Assembly: GCA_963700635.1 (NCBI GenBank)
Contig: CAVOYH010000003.1
Location: forward strand, 1,280,001-1,344,000
Reading direction: 5' to 3'
Length of the DNA stretch: 64,000 bases
DNA from: an uncultured Bacteroidota bacterium
Lineage (GTDB): Bacteria > Bacteroidota > Ignavibacteria > UBA10030 > UBA6906
The notes beneath the pieces were generated by a model, which saw only the letters and a list, made by a program, of their open reading frames with translations, was not told where the DNA came from and made no database searches. Below are positions 29,211 through 39,836 of the stretch, piece by piece. The position numbers and the translations under genes are program-made. Numbering within the stretch: position 1 is the stretch's first letter; each line of letters begins with the position of its first letter.

Positions 29211-30905
29211 ATGATCCCACGTGATGCTGTCATCGGCGTTGACTACGGCACTGATTCTGTCCGGACTTTGATCATCGATGCATCGGACGGGACAGAAATC
29301 TCCACGGCGGTGGAATACTACCCCCGCTGGGGGAAGGGATTGTACAGTGACCCGTCGGCCAATCGTTTCCGGCAGCATCCGTTGGACTATCTTGAAGGAC
29401 TGGAACACACCGTTCGTGCAGCCCTTGCCGGGGCGCCTGCCGGAACCGCTGAGAGGATTCGTGGCATTTCTGTAGACACGACGGGGTCCACACCTGTTGC
29501 GGTAGACAGCAGGGGGACCCCGCTTGCGTTAACGCCGGGATTCGAGGAAGATCCCGATGCGATGTTCGTTCTCTGGAAAGATCATAGTGCGGTGCTCGAG
29601 GCCGGCGAAATTAATCGTACAGCGAAGACCTGGGGCGGGACAGACTACACGATGTACGAGGGGGGAGTGTACTCGTCGGAATGGTTCTGGGCAAAACTTC
29701 TCCACATCCTCCGCACCAACCCGCGTGTCCGGCAGGCCGCGTACTCATGGGTCGAGCATTGTGACTGGATTCCCGGCGTCCTGACTGACAACACAGATCC
29801 GCGCACTCTGAAGCGGAGTCGATGTGCAGCCGGGCACAAAGCCATGTGGCACGCCGCATTCAACGGCCTTCCTTCCGAAGAATTCCTCGTTCACCTTGAC
29901 CCGTTGCTGAACGGTCTCCGCTCCCGCCTGTATACCGAGACCTACACAAGTGACACCCGCGCCGGAACACTCTCAACCTCCTGGGCCACCCGGCTGGGTC
30001 TGCCGGGAGGAGTCCCTGTAGGTATCGGAGCGTTTGATGCGCATATGGGTGCGATCGGCGGTGGAATCCGACCGTATGTTCTGACGAAAATAATGGGTAC
30101 GTCGACCTGTGACATGATCATCGTTCCGAACGAAGAGATGAACCAGAAACTGGTCAGAGGCATATGCGGTCAGGTGGACGGCTCCATCATTCCTGGAATG
30201 CTTGGCATGGAAGCCGGACAATCGGCTTTCGGCGATGTGTATGCATGGTTCAAGGATGTTCTGCTCTGGCCTGTCCATCAACTGGTGAGTTCGTCACCGC
30301 TGCTGGATCCCTCCATCAGCGCGAAACTTGTGGATGACACGGAGAACAGGATTATTGCAGCGCTCTCTGCCGCGGCAGCAGCCCTTCCGATTGAAGAGTC
30401 AGGCGTGCTGGCACTGGATTGGATGAACGGTCGCCGGACACCCGATGCAAATCAACTCCTCAAAGGGGCCATCACGGGAGTGAGTCTGGGCAGTGACGCT
30501 CCCCGGATTTTCAGGGCGCTGGTTGAAGCGACGGCATTCGGCGCGAGATTGATTGTAGACCGGTTCCGGGCGGAAGGTGTACGCATCGACGGGGTGATTG
30601 CACTGGGAGGCGTGGCAAAAAAGTCTCCCTTTATCATGCAGACCGTTGCTGATGTTCTGGGAATGAAGATCGCGGTGCCACGCTCTGAACAGACCTGTGC
30701 TCTGGGGGCCGCAATGTGTGCTGCGACGGCGGCCGGACTGTACCGGTCCATCGAAGACGCGGCGAAGGCGATGGAGAGTGGACTGGAACGCGAGTATGTT
30801 CCCGACGAGACCCGAAGAGCCCACTATGATACCCTGTACGCACGGTACAAGCGGCTGGGTGCGTTTATTGAACAAGACATTATGACGGAATCCACACCTC
30901 TATGA
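29211..30905 (+). CDS. araB: L-ribulokinase
   Basis: IGVDYGTDSVR, DTTGST, LWKDH, GGVYSSEWFWAK, CAAGHKAMW, DWMNGRRTP. Confidence 0.92.
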   Translation: MIPRDAVIGVDYGTDSVRTLIIDASDGTEISTAVEYYPRWGKGLYSDPSANRFRQHPLDYLEGLEHTVRAALAGAPAGTAERIRGISVDTTGSTPVAVDSRGTPLALTPGFEEDPDAMFVLWKDHSAVLEAGEINRTAKTWGGTDYTMYEGGVYSSEWFWAKLLHILRTNPRVRQAAYSWVEHCDWIPGVLTDNTDPRTLKRSRCAAGHKAMWHAAFNGLPSEEFLVHLDPLLNGLRSRLYTETYTSDTRAGTLSTSWATRLGLPGGVPVGIGAFDAHMGAIGGGIRPYVLTKIMGTSTCDMIIVPNEEMNQKLVRGICGQVDGSIIPGMLGMEAGQSAFGDVYAWFKDVLLWPVHQLVSSSPLLDPSISAKLVDDTENRIIAALSAAAAALPIEESGVLALDWMNGRRTPDANQLLKGAITGVSLGSDAPRIFRALVEATAFGARLIVDRFRAEGVRIDGVIALGGVAKKSPFIMQTVADVLGMKIAVPRSEQTCALGAAMCAATAAGLYRSIEDAAKAMESGLEREYVPDETRRAHYDTLYARYKRLGAFIEQDIMTESTPL

Positions 30906-31597
30906 GCGCCTACGCGGATCTTAAACACCAGGCCTGGGAGTCCAACCTGGAACTCCCCAGGGCAGGGCTCGTCACAAAGACCTTCGGGAATGCGAGTGTT
31001 TTGGACCCGGAACGGAAGGTCTTTGCGATCAAGCCCAGCGGCGTCCCCTTCGAGACACTACGACCGGAGGATATGGTTGTGGTTGATCTCCAGGGGAAGG
31101 TCGTGGAAGGCCGCCTCAGGCCCTCGTCTGACACGCGTACCCATGCCGTGCTGTATGATGCCTGGTCCGACCTCGGCAGCATCGTTCATTCCCATTCCGC
31201 GTATGCTGTTGCATGGGCACAGGCCATAAAACCCATTCCGGTTCTGGGAACGACACATGCAGACTATCTTGCGCAGGATATTCCGTGTACCGCCGTCATG
31301 GGGGATGACCGGATTGCAGGAGATTATGAAGTAGAAACGGGGCTCCAGATACTGCACACCTTTGAGAACATCTCGCACACGGTGGTCTCGATGGTCCTGG
31401 TTGCATGTCATGGTCCGTTTACCTGGGGTGCTTCGCCCGAAAAAGCGATCGAACACAGCATTATGCTGGAACAGATTGCCCGCATGGCTTTCCTGACATT
31501 GCAGATCAACCCGGATACACCACGACTAAAAGAAACGTTGCTGCGGAAACACTTTGAACGTAAACACGGCTCTGCTGCATACTACGGCCAGAAGTAA
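30902..31597 (+). CDS. araD: L-ribulose-5-phosphate 4-epimerase
   Basis: TFGNAS, IKPSG, PSSDT.TH, HSHS, GTTHAD, HGPF.WG, RKHG..AYYGQ. Confidence 0.92.
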   Translation: MSAYADLKHQAWESNLELPRAGLVTKTFGNASVLDPERKVFAIKPSGVPFETLRPEDMVVVDLQGKVVEGRLRPSSDTRTHAVLYDAWSDLGSIVHSHSAYAVAWAQAIKPIPVLGTTHADYLAQDIPCTAVMGDDRIAGDYEVETGLQILHTFENISHTVVSMVLVACHGPFTWGASPEKAIEHSIMLEQIARMAFLTLQINPDTPRLKETLLRKHFERKHGSAAYYGQK

Positions 31598-31621
31598 GCC
31601 CTTCACGAGGAGGAATATTTA

Positions 31622-33100
31622 ATGAAGAATCTGCCGATCATCACGATGGGACTGCTGGCAGTGAGCAGGGACTGTTTTCCCATTGAGTTATCCCGGAAGC
31701 GACGGATGGAGGTGGCGGCTCAGTGCGTAAAACTCGGGATCGGGGTGGTTGAGCTGGAAACAATCGTCGAGAATGACAACGATGTGGTTCGCGCATTGAA
31801 GGAGATCCAAAAAAAGAACGTGAATGCGCTGACGTTGTACCTCGGCAATTTTGGTCCGGAAGGCCCTACGACGCTTCTTGCACAGAAGTTTGGCGGACCG
31901 GTAATGCTTGTCGCGGCGGCGGAAGATTCGGGTAAAGATCTGTATGGAGGTCGCGGTGACGCATATTGCGGGCTCCTGAGCGCATCGTATAATGCCGGAC
32001 TCCGACGCTTGAAGGTGCACATTCCCCCGTATCCTGTCGGGACCCCTCCGGAAGTGGCCGGAATGATCCGCGATTTTACGCCCGTTGCACGCGTCTCGGT
32101 CGGGATTCGCAATCTGAAAATATTCTCCTTCGGCCCACGCCCTTTCGATTTTCTCACCTGCCATGCGCCAATCCAGCCGCTGTTCGATCTCGGCATTGAA
32201 GTTATGGAAAACAGCGAACTGGACATGTACGATCTGTTTCAGTCCAAGAAAGGTGATTCCAGAATCCCGGCTGTCGCGGCCGACATGGCAAAAGAGCTTG
32301 GGAAAGGGAACACGTATCCGGACCTGCTTCACCCGATGGCTCAGTTTGAGCTCGCGCTGCTGGATTTTATGGAGAAGAATATCGGGGCATCGCAGTTTGC
32401 AGTGTTTGCAAACAAATGCTGGCCCGCGTTTGAGAAGTACTTCGGATTCACTCCATGTTTTATCAACAGCCGTCTTGCGGCACACGGCATCCCTATCTCC
32501 TGCGAATCAGACATGTACGGGGCGCTGAGCGAATACTGCGCATCCTGCGCCACGATGTTGCCGCCCGCCATCCTCGACATCAACAACACCGTGCCGTATG
32601 ACATGATCGAGGAAGCGAAAGACCAGATAGGGACGTATGCCCCGCAGGATCTCTGGATGGGATTCCACTGCGGAAATACCTCCTCCTCCTGTATGGCAAC
32701 ATCAATGATGAAGTATCAATTGATCATGCACCGTCTGATGGAACCCGGCAAGGAACCGAACATCACCCGGGGAACACTCGAAGGACGTATCCGGCCCGGT
32801 GAAGTAACAATCTTCCGTCTTCAGTCCACATCCGATGCGGAACTCCGTGCGTATGTTGCCGAAGGTGAGATTCTGGATATCGACCCCAAATCGTTCGGAT
32901 CGATCGCCGTCTTTGCTGTGAAGGAAATGGGGCGGTTCTACCGTCACGTGCTTCTCGAAAAACGATTCCCGCATCACACCGCTGTGGCATTCGCCCACGC
33001 AGGCAAACCACTCTTCGAGGCAATGAAGATGATGGGAATTCAGGATATCGGTTTTAATCTCCCCAAAGGGACACTCTATCCAACGGAGCATCCCTTTTGA
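31622..33100 (+). CDS. L-fucose/L-arabinose isomerase family protein
   Basis: NFGPE, RGDAYCG, CWP, CESD, FHCGN, FPHH motifs; operon position. Confidence 0.8.
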   Translation: MKNLPIITMGLLAVSRDCFPIELSRKRRMEVAAQCVKLGIGVVELETIVENDNDVVRALKEIQKKNVNALTLYLGNFGPEGPTTLLAQKFGGPVMLVAAAEDSGKDLYGGRGDAYCGLLSASYNAGLRRLKVHIPPYPVGTPPEVAGMIRDFTPVARVSVGIRNLKIFSFGPRPFDFLTCHAPIQPLFDLGIEVMENSELDMYDLFQSKKGDSRIPAVAADMAKELGKGNTYPDLLHPMAQFELALLDFMEKNIGASQFAVFANKCWPAFEKYFGFTPCFINSRLAAHGIPISCESDMYGALSEYCASCATMLPPAILDINNTVPYDMIEEAKDQIGTYAPQDLWMGFHCGNTSSSCMATSMMKYQLIMHRLMEPGKEPNITRGTLEGRIRPGEVTIFRLQSTSDAELRAYVAEGEILDIDPKSFGSIAVFAVKEMGRFYRHVLLEKRFPHHTAVAFAHAGKPLFEAMKMMGIQDIGFNLPKGTLYPTEHPF

Positions 33101-34161
33101 TCGCGGCCAGACTCCATGGCGTGCGGGATGTGCGGATCGATGAGGTTGCCGCACCGCCCGTGCCGGGCGCGAAGGAAGTCCAGATCCGCGTTGAGGCGGT
33201 TGGACTGTGCGGTAGTGACATCCACACATACCGGGAAGGCCGCATCGGTACAACGGTCGTGGAATCTCCCTGGATCCCGGGACATGAATTTGCAGGTGTG
33301 GTGGTAAAGGCCGGTGCGGATGCACGTGACGGCTGCGGAGAGCCATTACAGGAAGGAACACGAGTCGGCGTGGACCCATCACAATCCTGCGGGGACTGTG
33401 AGCTCTGTCTGCAGGGGCACCCCAACCTGTGCCTCCATCTCCGATTCTGCGGTTTATATCCTGACGACGGGGCGCTCTGCGAATTGATCAATGTGCCGGC
33501 ATCAACGTGCTTCCCCCTGCCCGAAACGATTGACGCCACGACCGGAGCGATGCTCGAACCGCTGGGTGTTGCGATGCATGCAGTTCGCCTCGGTGCCCTT
33601 CGCGAGGGGCAGAGTGTTTCGGTGCACGGAGCGGGTCCAATAGGTTTACTAATCGTACAACTCGCACGACTGGCGGGGGCAGACCCGGTATTCGTTGTGG
33701 AGCGGCTTCCGTGGAGGATGGCCAGGGCCAGGGAGTTGGGCGCGATACCCCTGAATGAAGAGAATATCTTGCCGTCCGTTCAAATTCTCTCGCACACGCG
33801 TGGACTGGGAGTGGATCTGGCGTTTGAGGTCGGGTGGGCCGGCGAGCTTGTGCAGCAGGCCCTGGATTGTGCCCGGTTCGGCGGCCGTGTTGTTCTGGTC
33901 GGGATTCCCCGCGATGATACGATGACCATGCGGCATTCCACAGCCCGGCGCAAGGGCCTCACCATCATGTTCTCCCGGCGTATGAAGTTTACCTATCCCG
34001 GGGCTATAACGCACGTCCGGAAGGGAGAAATAGATGTTGGCTCACTGGTGACACACCGTTTTCCGTTGTCTGCCGCGGCCGATGCTTATGCGCTCAACGA
34101 GAAGTACGGAAGGGGCGTCATAAAAATCATGATTCTGCCCGATACACATCCTTCCGGTTGA
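33097..34161 (+). CDS. Zinc-dependent alcohol/polyol dehydrogenase (sorbitol DH-like)
   Basis: GLCGSD, GHE, CxxCxxCx7C, EPL, GAGPIG; TTG start overlaps the upstream stop. Confidence 0.88.
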   Translation: MIAARLHGVRDVRIDEVAAPPVPGAKEVQIRVEAVGLCGSDIHTYREGRIGTTVVESPWIPGHEFAGVVVKAGADARDGCGEPLQEGTRVGVDPSQSCGDCELCLQGHPNLCLHLRFCGLYPDDGALCELINVPASTCFPLPETIDATTGAMLEPLGVAMHAVRLGALREGQSVSVHGAGPIGLLIVQLARLAGADPVFVVERLPWRMARARELGAIPLNEENILPSVQILSHTRGLGVDLAFEVGWAGELVQQALDCARFGGRVVLVGIPRDDTMTMRHSTARRKGLTIMFSRRMKFTYPGAITHVRKGEIDVGSLVTHRFPLSAAADAYALNEKYGRGVIKIMILPDTHPSG

Positions 34162-34167
34162 ACGTTC

Positions 34168-36417
34168 CTATACTCCCCACCGCAGGCCTGCATACACCAT
34201 CCGCCCCCCCAGGGGACCCCAGATCAGGGCGGCGTCAAAGAACGAACTTGTCGGATTCGCAACGTCCAGGATCGGATTATCCTGCCGGAAATCGAAGAGG
34301 TTCTCCCCTCCGATGTACAGATCAAGGCCGGCGAACAATGATCTGGTCACCTGAAGATTGAGTGTGGCAAATGAGGGGGACGAACTGCGGGCCCGCAGGC
34401 CTTCCGGGTTTGATTGTGTTGAAGGAATCCGTTTCGGACCAAACCACTGGACGGTAAGGTCATAGGTCATTTGGACTTCTTCCTCCGATTCCCGCTCAGT
34501 CGCATAGGAAACAGTAAGCAGTGCGCGATGTTGCGCATTAAGCGCACGTTGTAACCAGACGCCGCCCAGCCGCTGCCGGACATCCAGGTAACGGTATGCA
34601 ATCCGCGTTTCCAGGTGATCAAACGGCTCCATCGAGAGTTCCAGCTGAGCGCTGTTTGCGTAGGATCCGTTTGTTATCGAGACGAACCGGACTTCCCGCG
34701 GATATGTATCCAGGTCTGCAACAGTTTGTGTCTCAAACATTGTCCGGTACAGGCTCAAGCTGACCGTTGCCTCCCGGTAATCAACAAGGAAGTAGTGAGT
34801 AAGATTGGCGCCCACGTTCCATGCAACTTCCTGATCCAATCCGTATCCGAACCCGTTGGCCGTTTCGATGCTCATGAGGCGGGAGCTGGCAAAAACAGTT
34901 GCGTTCTCAGCGAAGATGTTTGCGGTACGATATCCCCGTCCCGCCACACCGCGAAGTACCCAGTCCTCTGACGGACTGTACCGGACATGGAGGCGGGGAG
35001 AGATCATCGTGCCGAATGCGTTATGGTAATCGGCCCGTATTCCCGTCACCACCGTCACCTGATCGACCGGAGCATACGTGTACTCAAAGAAGACGCCGGG
35101 AACACGTTCTGTGCGCGTGTACGGCGACCGTTCAAATCGTTCGTCAAACCGGTCAATCAGCATACTCGCCCCCGTTCTGAAGGTGTGTATGGTCGATTCA
35201 AAGATTGACTGGTACAGAAAATTCATATACGCTGTCTCACCGATGCCTTCATACGATCTCGGTCCGTAGAATGCCGAGTTTTGATATCGACCGAGCGACC
35301 ACTGGAAGCCATAACTTTGATACGGTCGGCCTTCAAACACATGGCCGAACTTTCCGTTGAGCCGGAGATATTGCGTTTTCGTGCCAAAAGGAAACGACGA
35401 CAGGGAATGTGAGCCTGGAGATTCGTGTGTCCCGCCCTCCCGGTTTTCCTTGACAAACTGCACCATGAACTGTCCCTCCCAGCCGTCCTGGTCAAAATAG
35501 CTCCAGCGTTGAATGGCATTGAGTGTCGTGAAGATCGGCATGTCCAGAAAACGGTCGGCATTTCTGTCGATCGTGTGCTGCTGTGAGCTCGCATGGAGAA
35601 GCGTCATGGAAGACCATTGTTCGCCGAGAGCCTGCCGGATGTTCACATTCCCTTCGAACCGCTGCTCCGCGTTGCCGTAGAGGTTGACGTAAAACCGTTT
35701 TTCCTCAGCGTCTTCGGGTTTGCGCAGATCAACATCGATCTGTCCGGTGATTGACTCAAAACCATTGGCAACCGAGCCTATTCCCTTGGAGACATTGATG
35801 GATTTTATCCATGAACCCGGTATAAACGTGAGCCCAACGTTGGCGGTGAGACCCCGAATATAGGGAAGATTCTCCAGTGTAGTCTGGGTATAGATGCCGG
35901 ATAAACCGAGCATTTCGATTTGTCGTGTCCCGGTGATGGCATCCGTGAACGAAACATCAACGGACGGATTGGTTTCGAAACTTTCGGAAAGATTGCAGCA
36001 GGCCGCTTTGGCGAGTTCCTTCTGGGTCACACGCTGAACGGACTCTGCACTCAGGTAGTCAATGACAATTCCCGATCGTTCTCCGACAACCTGGACCCCC
36101 TCCACTTCACGAGCGAGAAGGGTCAGGTATACTTTGATCGGTTGCGGGTGCCGCACCTCGAGGGTATCGGCTGAATACGCTGCATGGCGAATGACCAGGA
36201 AATGTGATCCGTCCGCGAACGGAAGGGAGAACGCCCCGGCCGCATCGGTACTTGTCCCGCGTGTTGTGCCCATCCAGTATACCGACGCACCAGCCACCGG
36301 GGCCTCGGTGGCGTCTGTCTCCCGTGCAAGAACCACCCCCCGGAGAACCTCCTGCGCAGGAGTCGAGTACGGCAGCATGAAGATCACCATCAATAACACG
36401 GATACTTTCATGACCAT
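34168..36417 (-). CDS. TonB-dependent receptor (metal-associated Bacteroidota type)
   Basis: AACCNLSESFETNPSVDV plug motif, KG.GSV.NG.ESITGQI, C-terminal GRMVYAGLR. Confidence 0.88.
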   Translation of the reverse strand: MVMKVSVLLMVIFMLPYSTPAQEVLRGVVLARETDATEAPVAGASVYWMGTTRGTSTDAAGAFSLPFADGSHFLVIRHAAYSADTLEVRHPQPIKVYLTLLAREVEGVQVVGERSGIVIDYLSAESVQRVTQKELAKAACCNLSESFETNPSVDVSFTDAITGTRQIEMLGLSGIYTQTTLENLPYIRGLTANVGLTFIPGSWIKSINVSKGIGSVANGFESITGQIDVDLRKPEDAEEKRFYVNLYGNAEQRFEGNVNIRQALGEQWSSMTLLHASSQQHTIDRNADRFLDMPIFTTLNAIQRWSYFDQDGWEGQFMVQFVKENREGGTHESPGSHSLSSFPFGTKTQYLRLNGKFGHVFEGRPYQSYGFQWSLGRYQNSAFYGPRSYEGIGETAYMNFLYQSIFESTIHTFRTGASMLIDRFDERFERSPYTRTERVPGVFFEYTYAPVDQVTVVTGIRADYHNAFGTMISPRLHVRYSPSEDWVLRGVAGRGYRTANIFAENATVFASSRLMSIETANGFGYGLDQEVAWNVGANLTHYFLVDYREATVSLSLYRTMFETQTVADLDTYPREVRFVSITNGSYANSAQLELSMEPFDHLETRIAYRYLDVRQRLGGVWLQRALNAQHRALLTVSYATERESEEEVQMTYDLTVQWFGPKRIPSTQSNPEGLRARSSSPSFATLNLQVTRSLFAGLDLYIGGENLFDFRQDNPILDVANPTSSFFDAALIWGPLGGRMVYAGLRWGV

Positions 36418-36438
36418 CTCTCAGATATTGTGCCGGGG

Positions 36439-36783
36439 TTAGTGGGTATTCGGGTTATCACGGTAGAGGCAGCAACCCGGGAGTCTCGTATAGACACTAT
36501 CCGGCGCCGTGAACTTTTCCGTGTCGTGTCCGACGGCGGCAATACGTTGCTGGAGAGAATCGGCGGTCACGACCCCGGTCTCAAAAGCGGTCTTGAGGAT
36601 TTTTGTTGATTTATTCCATTTTGCGTACCGGACGCCCTTGATCGAAACGGACTTTTCGATGCGGGCCTTGCACATGGTACAGTTGCCAAAGACCTTGAAT
36701 TCTGTTTCCTGGACGGATGATTCCTGAGCGTCAACAACGCAAAGCCCGGCGAGGAAGACCAACGAGAGCAGTAATGATTTCAT
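36439..36783 (-). CDS. Periplasmic heavy-metal-associated (HMA) domain protein
   Basis: Signal peptide, GNCTMC metal motif, GHDT, C-terminal LPGCCLY. Confidence 0.85.
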   Translation of the reverse strand: MKSLLLSLVFLAGLCVVDAQESSVQETEFKVFGNCTMCKARIEKSVSIKGVRYAKWNKSTKILKTAFETGVVTADSLQQRIAAVGHDTEKFTAPDSVYTRLPGCCLYRDNPNTH

Positions 36784-36874
36784 GGATTCTCCTGATACGT
36801 GGTGTCTGTCTGTATGGAACCAGTAATCCCGCTACGGCGGTTTGCCGTGCCGGGATTGAGGAGGCCATACCGGA

Positions 36875-37258
36875 TCAGATCAGGAGACTACGGTGGAGAA
36901 TTGTCAGCGGTGGGGATGAACCCGGGGACGATGGAAGCGCATGGATGGAGTGGGTCGGGCTTGAGGCAAATTGGGCCTGTGCGGTGAGGAGCGCCACACA
37001 GTGCAGATCGGTGAACTGAGTCAGAAACGTCTGGGCCGACACGGTGTGGTCATCCGTGATGGGAAGATGGGTCACGGTCGTCGTGCAGCATCCGGTGTCC
37101 GGCTCTTCTTCTCCGCAGCACCACTCGGGTTCGGCTCTCTCTGCACCACCCAGCTCGAGATTGATGGGTACTCCGGCGCAGAAGTGCGTCGAGACCGTCA
37201 TGCCGAGCGTGACCAGCAGGTACAAAGATACGAGCACTATATGAGGCAGCCCTTTCAT
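36875..37258 (-). CDS. HYC_CC_PP family protein
   Basis: N-terminal TM, HFCAG, WCC, GCC, PP near the C-terminus; upstream of the HMA and TBDR genes. Confidence 0.75.
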   Translation of the reverse strand: MKGLPHIVLVSLYLLVTLGMTVSTHFCAGVPINLELGGAERAEPEWCCGEEEPDTGCCTTTVTHLPITDDHTVSAQTFLTQFTDLHCVALLTAQAQFASSPTHSIHALPSSPGSSPPLTILHRSLLI

Positions 37259-37530
37259 CCCTATAAGAAAAGAAATGCGTGGTTTAAGTGCAATACTGAG
37301 AATTGCCATAGGTCTCCCGGTAAAGATGCAAGATAGCCGGGCGGCTCCTGACATGCAAGGCACCCACAAGATGCCCAAACAGGCAATTCTCGCGTCATTT
37401 TTGTATATTACATAATTACAACAATTTTTCTGAATCACTAAGCCCGGAGGCAGGATTCTGTGTCTAAGCAGATGACCGGCCAGAGCCGGGTCCTTTCCTT
37501 TTCTTGACATTCTTTTGTGGGGTGTAACTC

Positions 37531-39036
37531 ATGAAGCGCTGGATGATGATTGCCTTGGTTGTGCTTGTCGGCATCGTTGCGGGGTATTTTCTTTTTTTTC
37601 GGAGTACGAAAACTACATACGAATACCGGTTTGATAAGGTTACGAAGGGTGATGTGACCATGTACGTCACGGCCACCGGCACCATCAACGCCGTTATAAG
37701 TGTCGAAGTCGGTACGCAGGTATCCGGCATTATTGCGAAACTGTACGCTGATTTTAATTCCATTGTGAAGGCAGGACAGGTGATCGCCCAGATCGATCCC
37801 ACGTTCCTCCAGCAATCGGTCAAAGATGCGTCTGCAAGTCTCGAACGGGCCCGGGCGCAGCACAACGACGCGAAGCGTGTTTTTGAACGGACAAAGACGC
37901 TCTTTGAGAAGAATCTGGAATCGCAGGTAAATTATGATGCTGCGTTGACCACCATGGAGTCCAACCAGGCAGTGCTCAAACAGGCCGAGGCGAGTCTGGA
38001 CAGGGCCAAAATCAATCTTGCCTATGCAACCATCTACACGCCGATCAATGGTGTGGTGATCGACCGGAAAGTTAACGTCGGGCAGACCGTCGCTGCCAGT
38101 TTTTCGTCACCAACATTATATACGATTGCCAACGATCTTCACAAGATGCAGGTGCAGGCGACGATAGACGAATCCGATATCGGGCGGATCAGTGTCGGAC
38201 AGGAAGCAACGTTCACTGTCGATGCGTATGCCGAAGATCGTTTTGTGGGAACAGTTTCCCAAATTCGGCTCGCACCGGTAACCATTCAGAATGTTGTAAA
38301 CTATACGGTGATAGTGGACTTTGACAACAAAGAACTGAAGCTGATGCCGGGGATGACGGCGAATGTGAAGATTCTTGTCGGTAATGCCGAGAATGTGCTT
38401 CGTGTTCCCAATATGGCCCTTCGGTTCCAGCCTCCTGCAGAACTCATTGACAGCTCAAAGGTGAAAGAACAGCGGCAGCCGGGGATGGGAATGGGGAGAG
38501 AGGGCGGCCGGTGGAGCGAAGGGCGAGGCGGAGGCGCACCCGGAGAAGAGGGAGGGATGGGGGATCGGCGTGCGATGATGGGCAGGATCCGTGATTCTAT
38601 TCAGGCTGCGCACGGTGGGAAGATGGCGGAGGAGGATTTGCGTGCGGAGGCGCGCAAGGTGATTGAAAAGCTGGGTCAGAGAGCAAGACCCTCCACGGTG
38701 GTTGTTGTCAAACCCAGCACCCGTGCCGGTCAGAACACTCGCTTTGGCATTGAAAACGTGTTCCCTGAGTATCAGAAAAGCGCGGCTTCGGGTGCACGTC
38801 AGCGTGATCGCCTTCGCGGACGCATCTGGGTTCTTAATGCCGCCCAGAAGCTGGAACCGGTGTACATCATGACGGGAATCTCGGATGGGCGGTACACGGA
38901 GATTATCGCCGACAGTTTACGCGATGGTGACCAGGTCGTCCTCGGGGCGAATACAACGGCACAGTCTGGCGGCCAGTCGGCAAACCCCCTGGCTCCGTCA
39001 GGACAGCGTTCGATGGGCGGTGGAGGGCCACGATGA
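37531..39036 (+). CDS. Efflux membrane-fusion (periplasmic adaptor) protein, MacA-like
   Basis: V.ATGTI, VGTQVSG, GQTVAAS, IDESDIG, LMPGMTA. Confidence 0.9.
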   Translation: MKRWMMIALVVLVGIVAGYFLFFRSTKTTYEYRFDKVTKGDVTMYVTATGTINAVISVEVGTQVSGIIAKLYADFNSIVKAGQVIAQIDPTFLQQSVKDASASLERARAQHNDAKRVFERTKTLFEKNLESQVNYDAALTTMESNQAVLKQAEASLDRAKINLAYATIYTPINGVVIDRKVNVGQTVAASFSSPTLYTIANDLHKMQVQATIDESDIGRISVGQEATFTVDAYAEDRFVGTVSQIRLAPVTIQNVVNYTVIVDFDNKELKLMPGMTANVKILVGNAENVLRVPNMALRFQPPAELIDSSKVKEQRQPGMGMGREGGRWSEGRGGGAPGEEGGMGDRRAMMGRIRDSIQAAHGGKMAEEDLRAEARKVIEKLGQRARPSTVVVVKPSTRAGQNTRFGIENVFPEYQKSAASGARQRDRLRGRIWVLNAAQKLEPVYIMTGISDGRYTEIIADSLRDGDQVVLGANTTAQSGGQSANPLAPSGQRSMGGGGPR

Positions 39037-39836
39037 GCGCGCAACAGCACGCGGAACATCCTGAACAGGACAGGACGCTCATCCGCATCTCTCATATTTC
39101 GAAAAACTACCAACTCGGTGAAGTTGAAGTCCATGCACTCCGCGGCGTGTCGCTGGATGTGCGCCGCGGTGAATTTGTGGCCATCATGGGCGCCTCCGGT
39201 TCTGGAAAATCAACATTCATGAACATCCTTGGTTGTCTTGACACACCAACCAAAGGATCCTATACTCTCGAAGACATCGACGTCAGCAAGTTAACCCGGG
39301 ATGAACTTGCCCATATCCGGAACACAAAAATCGGTTTTGTGTTTCAAGGGTTCAACCTGTTGTCAAGAACATCCGCACTGGAAAACATCGAACTCCCGCT
39401 TCTGTATTGCGCGATGTCAAACGCCGAGCGACATGAGCGGGCAGTCTGGGCCCTGGAAAAAGTCGGGTTGGCAGACCGCATCCACCACTATCCCAATCAG
39501 CTTTCCGGCGGACAGCAGCAACGCGTGGCCATTGCACGCGCTCTGGTCAACAATCCCAGTATTGTCCTTGCGGATGAGCCTACCGGCAATCTTGACAGCC
39601 GGACAAGCGTCGAGGTGATGGGGATTTTCCAGGATCTGAATCGCCTTGGCATTACGATCATCATTGTGACGCATGAACCGGATATCGCGCAATTCACGCA
39701 ACGGCATATCACGTTCCGCGACGGGAAAATCCGCGCTGACAAGATCAACTCCAGACAGCGGGTGGCGACGGAGGTTCTCAAGGAAATGCCGGTGATTGTC
39801 GATGAAGACGAGGAACAAGAGGATAACAAGGGATGA
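39033..39836 (+). CDS. ABC transporter ATP-binding protein (MacB/LolD type)
   Basis: [33 protein letters not shown]. Confidence 0.93.
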   Translation: MSAQQHAEHPEQDRTLIRISHISKNYQLGEVEVHALRGVSLDVRRGEFVAIMGASGSGKSTFMNILGCLDTPTKGSYTLEDIDVSKLTRDELAHIRNTKIGFVFQGFNLLSRTSALENIELPLLYCAMSNAERHERAVWALEKVGLADRIHHYPNQLSGGQQQRVAIARALVNNPSIVLADEPTGNLDSRTSVEVMGIFQDLNRLGITIIIVTHEPDIAQFTQRHITFRDGKIRADKINSRQRVATEVLKEMPVIVDEDEEQEDNKG

